A stretch of 64,000 nucleotides of DNA, taken from NCBI RefSeq assembly GCF_018350175.1, contig NC_058368.1, positions 161,884,001 to 161,948,000 on the forward strand, read 5' to 3'. This stretch comes from Felis catus (Eukaryota). The position numbers were made by a program, and so were the translations under genes. Below the pieces are notes generated by a model. That model was not told where the DNA came from. It searched no databases and was given only the letters and a program-made list of their open reading frames with translations. Of this stretch, positions 38,963-51,244 are shown one piece after another. Position 1 is the first letter of the stretch, and each line of letters starts with the position of its first letter.

Positions 38963-40221
38963 TGCTTAGCTTACTAGGGTGCACTGTGGTGTGCAAATGT
39001 GTATATGCACCTACTTAGGGGAGGTGAAAGTGGTGTTACCCAGCTTCTCAGTCTCTAGCATCAGAGCTCTGTGCTCTTGCCAACTGGCAATCTAGCACCC
39101 TTCCTTTGTCTTAGCTTCTGCCCTCTCCCTTGCTTCTACACTGTCAACAACAAGCCATCAGCCTACCAAGCAGCACCCCTCTCCCAAATTTTATCTTCAG
39201 ATGCAGGTGTATTTCCAAACCCATCTTTTCTGAGGGCCCTGCAGCTTGGACCAGCTCCGACCCTCTAGGGGAAGGTCTCACCAAGCAATTGCCAGGTGCT
39301 GGTCCATCCCCAGGAATGTTCATGCACTGCTGCAGAGACTCAGAGACTGGCCAGGTGCCAGCCCAACCAAAAAGTTTTGTGAACAGCAGCAGTTCAGGAA
39401 CTATGGTAAATCACAACACACAAATGGCAGCAGAATTCTCCATATCCTAGTGTCTTTGTTCCAACACCAGCAAATATGGCTGTAATTTGAAATCTGACGG
39501 GACCTTTTCCTCTGGTAGGCTGCATGGCCTCTACCAAATGTCCTCCCAGGAGGGAAATCACCTCTCCTCATGTGGCTCCAAGGATCCCAAGTACCTTAAT
39601 GTCTGCTCCCGGGGATTTGTCCTTCCTATAAGAGCACCACCAGGTATCAAGCTGTGGAGTTTCCAACTGTGTGCTTCCCTGTTTATAGAGTTCTAAAGGC
39701 AAAATAAACCTTCTCCTTTCTCCCTTTCTTGTTCAGTGCCTGAGTAACTCTTTCTCTCCAGCTGCTTTCAGGGGGAATGCTTTTCCTATACTCTCCACCT
39801 GTCTCCATCCTCTCTACACAAAGAAAAATAGCTCCCTAGCCTCCAGGGATTCACTTTCTCCCAGTTCACCTCTCTGCACCGTGTACCTGCTGAATTCTGT
39901 GGCTCAAGTTATGCAGATTTTTGTGTTAGTCGTCAGATCAATTTTCTAGGTGTGCAAAATGGCTTGGTGATGATCTAGCTGCATTTTCAAAGTAAGAGAC
40001 TATTTTCAAGACTGCGTTCTCAAAACTTTTATTGAAGGCAGAAAAAAGATAAGTAAAGATATGAGATTTGCAAAATAACAAAGGTAGAATTGACACAATA
40101 GCTAGAGAACAGTGAATTTTTCAATAACACAAAGAAACTTATTTAGGAAGACATGTGACTTTTACCATAATTTACTATAGCCTTAAGCCATAAAGCAAGT
40201 CTTATTAAAAAGCAAAAGGAT

Positions 40222-40398
40222 GGGGTAACTAGGTGGCTCAGTTGCTTAAGCATTGGCTCTTGATTTTGGCTCAGGTCATGATCTCCCAGTTTGTGGGATC
40301 AAGACCTACCCCCTTCCCCTGTTGGTTCAGCTTGGGATTCTTTCTTTTCCTCTCTCGATGCCCCTCCCCCTGTCAAAATAAATAAACTTAAAAAAAAA
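40222..40398 (+). mobile_element. Can-SINE
   Basis: SINE body; TSD aaaaag(c/t)aaaag(g/a)at. Confidence 0.85.
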
Positions 40399-40420
40399 GT
40401 AAAAGAATGAAAATATCAAA

Positions 40421-40984
40421 GGTAGGTCCCTTCCCTGCCTGCAGGCCCACCTAGGTTCTTGAGTTGGACCAAAAAGAATTCAGAGCCAAACTCTAAAGTA
40501 AACAAGAGTTTGATAGTTAAAGAAAAGTGCACTCTCAAGACAGTGAAGCATGCAGGCCCCAAGACGGCAATTGCACTGGGGTTAGGGGGGAATCATCTCC
40601 TTTTATCTCTATTTAGGTTGAAGGGGCACAGTTGGGGCAGCCTTCATTTGAGTGCTCTCAAATCACCTGGCAGTCTCCACCCACAGGTTGGGAGTGGGAG
40701 GTTAGACCACTATTATCTTTAGTGTAAATGTCATGGCAGTCATCACCCTCAAGGGGGGTCAAAGCCACAGTGTAAATGTATTATAATGAAGTTATAGGTA
40801 AATTTAGGGCAGTGGCTATAGGGAAGAGTGCATGCTGTGCTCCAGGGCTCCCCTGCTCTCTGGCTCTTTGAAACTTCCTCTTTGTATCCCTGGGGTATAG
40901 TTGGTGGTTTCTCTATTTTGGTGTTTGTTAACATTTACAGAGCTCTGCTCCCTGCTAATATCTACCTAACTGCCTTCTCTGTCA
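40421..40984 (-). mobile_element. Probable ERV solo LTR
   Basis: GC-richer 560-bp block ending tatctacctaactgccttctctgtca; aaaagaattcagagcc and gcactctcaag resemble ERV1-type LTR antisense. Confidence 0.6.
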
Positions 40985-41198
40985 AAAATGTATGTATAGA
41001 TCATATTCTTTGATACCAATGGAATTAATATATATGTTTATAAAAAAGATTTTTAGGAAATCATCAAGTACTCCCAAATATGAGAAAAATACAATTATAT
41101 GTAACTCAGGAGTTAAAAAGAATACGGAAACACGTTTTATGAACCCTTCTGCTAAGTACTGTGTTGGAAAGAAACAAACAAGTTAACAAACAGGCATT

Positions 41199-41549
41199 TG
41201 TAACAGAATACCATAGGCTGGGTGGGTTATAAATAACAGAAATTTATCTCTCATAGTTCTGGAGGCTGGAAGTCCAAGATGTTAGCCCTGGCAGATTCAG
41301 TGTCTACTAAGAGCAGCTTCCTCAACATAGGGCCATCTCTTTACTGTAACCTCACTTGGTGGAAGGGACTAGCTAGCCCTCTGGGGTCTCTTTTGTAAGA
41401 AAATTAATTCCTTGGGCAGAGTCCTAATGATTGAAGGCCTCTTGTCCTGATCACTTGCCACAGGCCTCACCTCCAAATACTATCACTTTGGAGGTTAGGA
41501 TTTCAGCATATGAATTTTGGGCAGTCACAGACATTCAGATCATGTTACA
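41199..41549 (-). mobile_element. MLT1A-like MaLR LTR
   Basis: aacagaaatttatctctcatagttctggaggctggaagtccaagat...ttcagcatatgaattttggg. Confidence 0.85.
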
Positions 41550-43840
41550 TATTTGTCTCATGGATGACATGCAAACCCTCCCCTGTTACCAATATTCCTC
41601 ACCTGAGCGGTGCATTTGTCACAAGTGATGCGCCTACATCTATAGATCATTATCATCCAGAGTCCAAATGATAACTAAGCAATAAAAAATGACTAAATAT
41701 ATTCTTTTTGTAGGATATTAAGGAAATTTTAAGAGGTCTATAGATTTAGTTACACAATACACACACACACATTTATATTACATATGTATAAGTATATGCA
41801 TATATATTATAGTAAGAACATACAGAAATATATAAGTGCAGATGCAGCCACTATTGATAATCCTTTAAATTCAGCACACAGTGACATCAGTGAGCCTTCA
41901 CTAGAAGCCAAGGCATCATTTAAATATTAAACAACCCCTGATTTTATTTGCTTACAGTAATAAAAGACTTTTTATTTGGCACAAACATAATTATATGAAA
42001 AAAACAAAAACACAGGTACTGAAAATGAGACTAAGGTATGATAGTCCTCTAAAACATGTATCAAATATTTATATTATTATATTTTTTATCATATAAAAGT
42101 GGCAAAATATTGAAAAATAATCTTACAGAATGTCTCAGATCCTTATAATCAATTTGTTCACTTTCTGTACTCTGCCTACCCATTTGTGAGAAAAAGAAAT
42201 ATTTTAAATACAAATTCTTTTATGTAGAACCCAACTTCATCCTTTGTGTTAACCACAGGTAAAAATATAGAAAAAGGTCTGTCCAGTTTAGGGAGAAATA
42301 TCATAAAGTTGTACATGAAACTTTGTGTGTGTGTGTGTTTTAATGCCCCCATAGTGTCTTTAATTCATCTGTCCAAACTTCTTGCATTTTATCACCTTAT
42401 AATAATACGAGTATCTTATTCTATTATTTAAGACTCAACTAAATCTATTTTCAGTGATCTCTTGGCCCCTGAGTCACCATTAGAACTCAGGAGATTGAAA
42501 GTGGACTGTAAGGGAAAAGTGGTTATTTTACATATCTCTGGTGGGTTGTCTTTGAGGTGTTAGAACCACCAGTGTCAGGCGAGTGGGGAAGGGAAATGGA
42601 GCCAGTACCCTCGCTTGATTGACAAGTTGTTAATCCTCTGGCTACTTTCTGGCTACCATTGACTGGCTTTCAAAAAGCTACAGACAGGATTCTGAATGTG
42701 TGTTCTCTCTGGTGGGTGTAATTGTGAGTACTTTGGAAGACCCTATGTGGGACTTTGCTCTGCCCTGTTTCTTGTTGTGGAAGATACTGCTTGAACTCAT
42801 CTTCTCCATGCCTATCTCAATCCTGTCCAAAATGAAATCTCTCTCTAAATCTGGCCTCCTCTCTCCTAACCATGCCACTGTATTGATTGAAGAGATGCCA
42901 TGATGTTGGTGGGGCTGGTTCTAGCACCTTTAGAAGAGGCCCTCAAAGAAAGTGGCTGAATTCAAAGGTTAGACTTTCTAAACTTCGATTTTTATCTACT
43001 GACCAATTTTCTTTCAACATTGCACCTTGGTCACAATTCTGGTATAATTGAGGGGAAAAATTCCCGGGATGTAAACTATGATTGGTATTAACACTTCCAA
43101 ATTCTTTCAACTGCATATAGTAATTTTCCTCATTTTAGCTAGTTCCAAGATTTCCTATTGTGTGATGGTCTCCTACTGTTTTTCTCTATGTTGTACATAA
43201 AATGCACAAAAATGGCATTTCTTAATAAAAACACTTCTAATCATCTAACGCACTCAGCCCTATGATTTATGCATTATTAAATACATTTGAAAATAATACT
43301 TTGCTTTCAGCTTTTTCTGTGTTTTGACTGATACTTATTCATCTCCCCCATCTTTCTTAATATGTTAATTTCTTTTAACATCTTAATATCTCTCTTAACA
43401 TATAGTTAGTGTTTATTCATTAATCAAGATTTATATAGTTTATGCAATGTGCCATGTACTGGCTTGGAAAATATAAAATCAACAATGAGCAAGACAGACC
43501 CTGTTTCTTTTTTACAGTATATATTTCCTACAAGTCTAGATACTGTTAAATTAATTTGGTGTTAGCATTGTCTCAGAAGTGCTAGTATTAGATAGAAAAA
43601 TGATAATGGAAGATTTTTTAGCAAAGCATTAAAATGAGAAATTTACAGCCAATATAATCCTTAATGTCCAAAGATAAATGCAAATATAACCTCACTAATT
43701 GTATCTCTCACATTACTATTAAAAATGTCTCATGCTATCTAATTTTGAGTAAAAGGGAAAATCTGAGCTCTCATTAACACTTAGCATTTTCTGTTCGATC
43801 ATTTACATGCACCACATCAAATGTTTATCTCCCTTGCACT

Positions 43841-43877
43841 TTGGAAGGCAGCTATGCTCACCACTATACCACCAACG
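43841..43877 (-). pseudogene. Tailless retropseudogene of the 5' half of tRNA-Gly(TCC)
   Basis: Reverse complement CGTTGGTGGTATAGTGGTGAGCATAGCTGCCTTCCAA matches nt 2-38 of mammalian tRNA-Gly-TCC as I recall it; 14-bp direct repeat tcccttgcactttg at 43830-43843 and 43879-43892; no poly(A). Confidence 0.9.
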
Positions 43878-43944
43878 ATCCCTTGCACTTTGAATATTGA
43901 AAAATATTCCTGAAGAATATGGACTTTATCACATCTTAAATCAT

Positions 43945-44165
43945 GGGGCGCCTGGGTGGTTCAGTCGGTAAAGCATCCGACTTCTGCTCAGGTCATGATC
44001 TTGCAGTTTGTGAGTTCAAGCCCCGCCTTGGGCTCTGTGCTGACAGCTCAGAGCCTGGAGCCTCTTTCACATTCTGTGTCTCCCCCTCTCTCTGCCCCTC
44101 CCATGCTCATGCTCTGTCTGTCTCTGCCTCTCAATAATAAATAAATATTAAAAAAAATTTTAAGA
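43945..44165 (+). mobile_element. Can-SINE
   Basis: ggggcgcctgggtgg start; TSD ttaaatcat at 43936 and 44173. Confidence 0.95.
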
Positions 44166-44369
44166 AGAAATGTTAAATCATTATCATAATGCTGTACTGT
44201 AAATAAAATTCAAAAATCAAAAACAGGGCCAAAAAAACCTATATTTCATCCTTAATAAGAAAAATGTGTAGTGACAGAAAAACAAATGCAAAGAATCATA
44301 ATAACGTTGGTGCAATGGACAGTTGTGGAACACTTATGAGTTTGTTAGTATAAATGTAATGCAATCAAG

Positions 44370-44590
44370 GACATATGGAATAGAGTCACACAGATTAGAA
44401 TCCGTATCCTGTTGTACCTTTGCAGAACTGAGCATCGTTTAAGGTGTTGAAGTCCCAGCACCCCTATTTTAAAATAAGAATTTTTATGTCTAGCTCATGT
44501 AATTCAAACAGATTCTCTGAGATTCCAATGCACAAATTTATGTAGTTTCATGTACTATAATAAATACTGCAGTGCATAGTGTTATTGTCA
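44370..44590 (+). mobile_element. MIR fragment
   Basis: tggaatagagtcacacag...aatccgtatcctg; highly degenerate. Confidence 0.4.
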
Positions 44591-45384
44591 ATTATGGGTA
44601 TTTTCTATCATTTATTAAATGAACAACATGAGCTAAACATTTTTGTGTTTGGATTATTTGGAGATCAGTTGAATATAACTGATATAATAAAAATTACTCA
44701 ATTTTAAGTAAGAATTTATATTAAACATTCTGTAAAATGTAAAGAATGCATACTTATGTTTTAATCACTTCAGTAGAACCATGTGGAAGTCAGGGACTTA
44801 GCTCCTGGCACATCTTAAAAATTCTAGGAGCCAATTAGCATTTTTTTCATTCCATTGCTAACACTCCTAACCAATGTGTCTACTTATAGACAATATTGCA
44901 TTTGTTGCCTCTCCTATAGCTCTATGATTATCATCATATAAAGTCTATGTCCTTAATTTTTGGTTATGTTTATAACAACATTCATAGATGTAGCAAATAA
45001 ACTAAGCAAGGAAACAAAATCTCCTTAAATTAGAATAAATTCTTACCATTAAACAACCAGCATCATTTGAAGTTTTCAGAAAGTGAAGGCCACCCACCAT
45101 AATAAGGCAGCAAAATGTACAGAATACCAGTTTTCTTTGGTTAAAAGGTGAAAGTTGAAAAATTTTGTTGATGCTTTAACCATATGACAGATTTAAGAGT
45201 GCTTTGAAAAATAGTGTATACAGTGCACCATATATTCATAAATTTCCATTAAAATTATTATTTTTGCTAGTATATATTAAATATGAGTAGAAATAATTTG
45301 CACTTTTACCCTCTTAGCATTAATTTCCTCATTCCAGCACTCTTCCACTCAAATTTCTATGGCACAGACATTATTCCTCCCAAA

Positions 45385-46060
45385 ATAATTTAATCAAAAT
45401 TTAACAAAAGCATGTACCGTATATACCAGTCACTCCTTGTCTGGAGAGTGCTAATGGTAGCTACCAATGTCCATGGAAAGAAAAAGTTTATTCTCATGTA
45501 ACATAAATTATCTTAAAACACAGAAAGCTACACATAAATAAGCAAAATAAAATTTTAAAGTAGTAGGAAGATAAGAGTAATTAAGTGTAAGAAAAAAACC
45601 AGGATACCTAGAGAATGTTTTATGGATGAGGTGACATTTTAATGACAATTTGAAAGAAATGTGTGAATAAGTGATGCTAATGTCTAGGCAAAGAAGATTA
45701 TACTCAATGAAAATAGCAGGTGCAAAGCCCTGAGGTAGGAATTTGCTAGGCATGTTTATAAACAGCAAGCGGCCACTATGGCTTGATCAGAATGACAAGA
45801 GAGAATAATAGAAGATGAGGTCAAAAGGTAACAGGAGTTTAGAAGACATTGTTGCTTATAGATCATTTTAAGAATATTGCTTGTACTCTTAGAGATATGG
45901 GACACCATTGAATATTTTTGAGACAAGAAATCTCAGAATCTGACATCGTTTAGTAGACTCACTTAGGCTGCTATATTGTGCACAGACTATAGGGATAGTA
46001 AATAAAAGCAATTTAGAACTCTATTTAGAATAATTCAGTAATGAGGTTTTTAAGCTTGGC
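45385..46060 (-). mobile_element. L2 fragment
   Basis: gaggtgacatttta...agcaggtgcaaagccctgaggtaggaat...agatgaggtcaaaaggta. Confidence 0.75.
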
Positions 46061-46599
46061 CTAGAGGGGTTGCAGGAAGAGAAAAACCAAGAGAATATCC
46101 TGACTTTAAAGTGGAGGACATACTTCCAGCATCAGTTATGATGAGCTGTTTCAAATACTGTTGATGAGTCAGAGTATTGACTACTAGATGTATTATTGTA
46201 TAAATCGACTGTGACCTTGACAGGAGCAAAAGGTCAAACAGAGTCAATATTTCTAGAAATCAAAGGAGTAGTTTTAAAAATCATATACTTAGCCACTGCT
46301 TTATCCATTATGTTTCATCAAAAATTTTTAGAATCAGTTTTTTCATTAAAATTATCTCAAAGTAATTTTTAAACCTATAATTTTAAAGCAGATTTTACAT
46401 CAAAAAACCTCAGAAATCTGTTTTATCATCTAAATTATCTCATCTACTTTAGCTTTTTGAAAATGAATGTTCATCCTTGATTTTTCATCAAAATGTTCAG
46501 AACCTTGATTTTTCATTAAAATTATCTCAAATGTAGTATTTTTTTCAACGTAAGATTTATAAACAATTTTTATTCAAGAATAACTCAGGACACTAACTC

Positions 46600-48130
46600 A
46601 AGCCATAAAAATTTTGGTTGATGTCTTCTTTTTGATTTTCAGTTTGGAACTCAGGCACAATTTGCATTTTCATGAGTTGACCTGCATGGAATCATTTAAT
46701 ATACTTTTGTGGTTTTGCCACAGGGATACTTAAGTTCATTGGCATACTGACATAATCTAGTAGGGCAGAATTTGGATTTGTTAACACTTAAAGGTAAGCT
46801 AGTGCATCTATTGACAGTATCTTGTAACTGTCTTCTCAAGGAAAGACATATTAAAGTAGTTAAAGAATATGGTCACCTACATGATGGAAAGAGATTGGCT
46901 AATAAATCTAGCCAGGCCTGGCTTAGTGTAAAAATTTTGGAATTAAGTGGGCTGGAGAAACCAGGAATATCTTTCAAACTGGGAAATAAATAATTTCTCA
47001 TTTATTTTATTACTAAAGAGGATGCCCAGAGATTTGTGGGACTCCTTCATTTTGATAAAAATCAATTCCCTGTTTAAGAGAAAGGTTGGATCCTATTACC
47101 AATTCATCAAAACTTAGTTTTTAATGGTGCACTCAACAAAAATTAGCATTATGAGACTATTAGGGTTTATGGCTTATGCTGCATCCTAGTCCTTCAGATT
47201 ATGTTAGGTAGCACATAGGATCAAGTTACTAACGAAATCAGAATGCTGCTACTTGGAAGAGACTTCTGGAGTTGGGTATGGAAATGCTGCCTTACAGGTC
47301 ACTCAGGACAATTGCTACTTGTTGTTGAGTTTTGGTTGAATGAGTTTCATTATGGAGTGGCATCAAATATTCTTAAAACCAGGAATAGCAATCATGTCTT
47401 GAGTAACAGAGATTTTTGAATAGAAAAAGAAACTCAACAGAGGTCATCAACAAATGACCTATGAAATGGCATACTCAATAGCATGCAGCAGAGAGAAACT
47501 TGGGGTAAGCTTCAGTTACCATGGTGTCAACAATTGAGCCATCCAGGACATCCCTGCTTAGTTTTTATATTTCTAAATCCTATAAATCTTCTGCCCCCAA
47601 GATAAAGCACACTGCTGAACTCCCTGCTAAGAGTGCCTAGATTGAGCATGATGTTTGGAAATGGTATGATATGCCATGATGGAAGAAGGTAAAAGAAAAT
47701 CTGCGCAATGGGCAGAGCTGAGAAGTCTTTATATAGTGGTGGAGGAGGGCTTAGTAACACTTAGTTGGGAGTCTTGGTTCTTAGCCAATGGCCTGTAATA
47801 GAGTGAGGCAAAGAGCACTACATAACTGAAGACTAGAAAACACCTTTCTAGAAACTACCCAGAAAGTTTCCATAAAAATTTAGAGAAATAATTGAAACGG
47901 ATTATGCAGATGCCCACTAAAAGGCCTAGTTGTTAGCTCATAAGAGGATTTGAATGCTAAGGTAAATTCCTTAATCAGATTCTTAGAAGTAGCCACCGAG
48001 TTTATGAAGTGAGTGGGTCTCTGAGATTCATGGCCATACATAGATGTATTGTATGATGGCCTATCCTCTCACCACACACAATAAAACCACAAATGTAGGA
48101 TGAAAGTGTACCCAGTGCCAACAGAAAATA
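46600..48130 (+). pseudogene. Degenerate ERV-L (class III) pol: RT, RNase H and start of integrase
   Basis: Hand translation gives QAQFAFS, YTFVVLPQGYLSS (LPQGY at 46715-46729), TKEDAQRFVGL, SAQWAEL (47700-47720) and CTQCQQ (48107-48124) in pol order. Confidence 0.85.
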
Positions 48131-48149
48131 AGTTACTTAACTTGTGCCA

Positions 48150-50345
48150 AGACTTTATCAAAGGAGATATATGGGTAGCAAATAAGCATATGAAACCATG
48201 TTCAATATAATTAGTCCTTAAGTAAATGCAAATTAAAACCAAAAAGAGATACCACCATACAACTACCAGAGTAGCTTAAATGAAAAATGCTGACAATATG
48301 AGGTGCTGACAAGGATACTGAGCAACAGAACTGTCATAATTGGTGAGAAGAATGAAAAATGGTACAACTACTCACAAAAACAGTAACATTCTCATAAAGT
48401 TAAACTGAAATGTACCACATGACCCAGCAATCTTACTTTCGGGTATTTATCTAATAGAAATGAAAATTTCTTTTTATATGAACACCACTACAGAAATATT
48501 TATAGCAGCTCTATTCATTATTACCACAGATTAGGAGTGATCCAGATATAATTCAAGGGTAAATCAATGAGCAAACAATAGAATATCCATACAATGGAAT
48601 ACTTCTCATAATTAGAAAGGAGCTATTCATAAAAACAACAACTTTGATGAATTTCAAAAACTCTAGGCTGAATAAGTGAAGCCAGTCTCAAAAGGTTACA
48701 TATTATATGACTTCATTAATGTGATATTCTGGGAAAGACAAAACTTACTATTACCTATTGTCAGGGGGGAGGAATAGGAGTAGGTATGACTAAAAGGGGC
48801 AAAAAAAGCAGTTTTTTGAAGTAATGACAACTCTTCTGTATCCTTTTTTTAAAAATATAATTTATTGTCAAATTGGCTAACATACAGTGTGTACAATGTG
48901 CTCTTGGTTTTCGAGGTAGATTCCCATGATTCCTCGCTTACATACAACACCCAGTGCTCATCCCAACAAATGTCCTTCTCAGTGCCCATCCCCCTACCCC
49001 TGTCTACCCTCAGTTTGTTCTCTGTATTTAAGAGTCTTTTATGGTTTGCCTCCCTCCCTCTCTGTTTGTAACTATTTTTTTTCCCATTCCCTTCCCCCAT
49101 GGTCTTCTGTTAAGCTTCTCAAATTCCACATATTAGTTAAAACACATGATATCTGTCGTTCTCCAACTGACTTATTTCACTTAGCATAATACCTTCCAGT
49201 TCCATCCACATTGCAGCAAATGGCATGATTTCATTCTTTCCCATTGCCAAGTAGTATTCCATTGTGTATATAAATTACATCTTCTTTACCCATTCATCGG
49301 TTGATGGACTTTTAGGCTCTTTCCATAATTTGGCTATTGTTGAAAGCTCTGTGATAAACATTGGGGTACATGTGCCCCTATGAATCAGCACTCCTGTATT
49401 TTTTGGATAAATTCCCAGTAGTGCTATTACTGGGTTGCAGGGTAGTTCTATTTTTAATTTTTTGAGGAATCTCCACACTGTTTTCCAGAGTGGCTGCACT
49501 AGTTTGCATTTACACTGACAGTGCAAGAGGGTTTCCGTTTCTCCATATCCTCACCAGCATCTGTTGTTTCCTGAGTTGTTAATTTTAGCCACTCTGACTG
49601 GTGTAAGGTAGTATCTCATTGTGGCTTTGATTTGTATTTCCCTGATGATGAGTGATGTTGAGCATCTTTTCAGGTGTCCGTTGACCATCTGGATGTCTTC
49701 TTTGGAAAAATGTCTATTCATGTCTTCTGCCCATTTCTTCCCTGGATTATTTGTTTTTCAGGTGTTGACTTTGATAAATTCCTTATAGATTGTGCATACT
49801 AACCCTTTATCTGATATGTCATTTGCAAATATCTTTCCCCATTCCATTGGTTGCCTTTTAGTTTTGTTGATTGTTTCCTTTGCAGTGCAGAAGCTTTTTA
49901 TCTTCATGAGGTCCCAATAGTTCATTTTTGCTTTTGAGGTCAAAGAGGTTGTTGCCTGCTTTCTCCTCTAGGGTTTTGATGGTTTCCTGCCTTACATTTA
50001 GGTCTTTCATCCATTTTGAGTTTATTTTTGTGTATGGTGTAAGAACATGGTTTAGTTTCATTCTTCTGCATATTGCTGTCCAGGTCTCCCAGCACCATTT
50101 GCTAAATAGACTGTCCTTTTTCCATTGGATAGTCTTTCCTGCTTTGTCAAAGGTTAGTTGGCCATACATTTGTGGGTCCAATTCTGGGTTCTCTATTTAA
50201 TTCCATTGATCTATGTGTCTGTTTTTGTGCCAATACCATATTGTCTTAACTCTTCTGTATCCTGAGGGGACAGTTGGTTACACAAATTTAGACTTACATT
50301 AAAATTCACAGAGCTATACACCAAAATAGATTAAATTTTATATTT
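48150..50345 (+). mobile_element. Old L1MC/ME 3' end split by the younger L1 at 48845-50247
   Basis: atgcaaattaaaacca, catgacccagcaatc, atccatacaatggaatact; resumes after the TSD. Confidence 0.75.
48845..50247 (-). mobile_element. 5'-truncated carnivore L1 (1.4 kb) with a small internal deletion near 49935
   Basis: Perfect 16-bp TSD aactcttctgtatcct at 48829-48844 and 50248-50263; ORF2 C-terminal peptides. Confidence 0.95.
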
Positions 50346-51078
50346 ATTTAAAAACAGTATTAATCCCAGTAGTCTTTTAAGCATTATTCATCTTATTATT
50401 TTGTATAAAATATTGCATAAATGCTTTAAAGTAAATTACTGAAAGATATCTGAGAAGTCTATTGCAAGGAAATATTGAGGTCCGAAGGTAAACTAGTGAG
50501 AAAAGGTGAGCTAGTAAGCATGCCTATAACTCTTCCAGAGATTTCCTTGAAAACATGCCCACAGACAAACCTCTTAAACACATAAGTGATACTTACCAAC
50601 AGAAAAATAATAGCGAATCTTTTACCTAAGAAATACCTTTGGCAGGATTCATCTGATATGACTAGGTCTCATAGAATACATAAAGCTGAAATTTATTGAC
50701 TCGTGGGCATGTTGGCTAGAAACTTCCATGAAAGCTGAGGGTTTAGTAGAAAAATGATAGGGAAATATTCCAAAAAGAAAGCATCTCTCTGTGAAAGCAA
50801 TATTTTCATGTACCAGTTAAATATTACACGTTAAATCAGATCCAGAATACATCCTAATGCAAAACAGAAAGACTCTTTAGGGTGCTTGTTGACAGTCTTG
50901 GAGTTCTTTCCCAAGAAAAGAGGTCTTTATTAGCCTCAAGACAGCCTGTATATTTTGCAATATTAATAAAATTTGGTACTGGTTAATATATATGAATCAC
51001 GTAATTCTGGCTCAACATTTTAATATTTGGTGTTTCTTAAATTATGAAAAGTCCTTCACCAAAAGTCTTTGCCTTCTA

Positions 51079-51244
51079 GTTTTGTTCTGTTTCTTGTTTA
51101 TTTGTTTGTGTTTTATTTTGTTTTAAATAGGCTCCACACCCAGTGTAGAGCCCAAGGCAGGTCTTGAACTCCCAACCCTGAGATCAAGACCTGAGCTGAG
51201 ATCAAGAGTAACACATTTAACCCATTGAGCCACCCAGGCATCCC
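51079..51244 (-). mobile_element. Short Can-SINE (SINEC_b-like)
   Basis: taggctccacacccagtgtagagccc...gagccacccaggcatccc. Confidence 0.85.

Larger units (their letters stand above)
32440..39985 (-). mobile_element. Near full-length older carnivore L1 (5'UTR, ORF1, ORF2, 3'UTR, (CAAAA)n tail), disabled
   Basis: ORF1 remnant 38051-38356 (TDITKMSEPEFRVMIIR); endonuclease remnants 36736-37253 ([19 protein letters not shown]); ORF2 C-terminal fragments; many stops and frameshifts. Confidence 0.95.
31720..41190 (+). mobile_element. Ancient L1M ORF2 endonuclease-region remnant acting as host. Pieces at about 31720-32100, 32400-32435, 39990-40220 and 40985-41190
   Basis: ttaaaagacaaagatggtcagag, aggagactcatctt, gccataaagcaagtctt and other degenerate endonuclease-region motifs in collinear order. 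Confidence 0.5.

Noticed and set aside
43841..43877. Functional tRNA-Gly gene
   Set aside because: Lacks the 3' half (T-arm/B-box and acceptor 3' strand).
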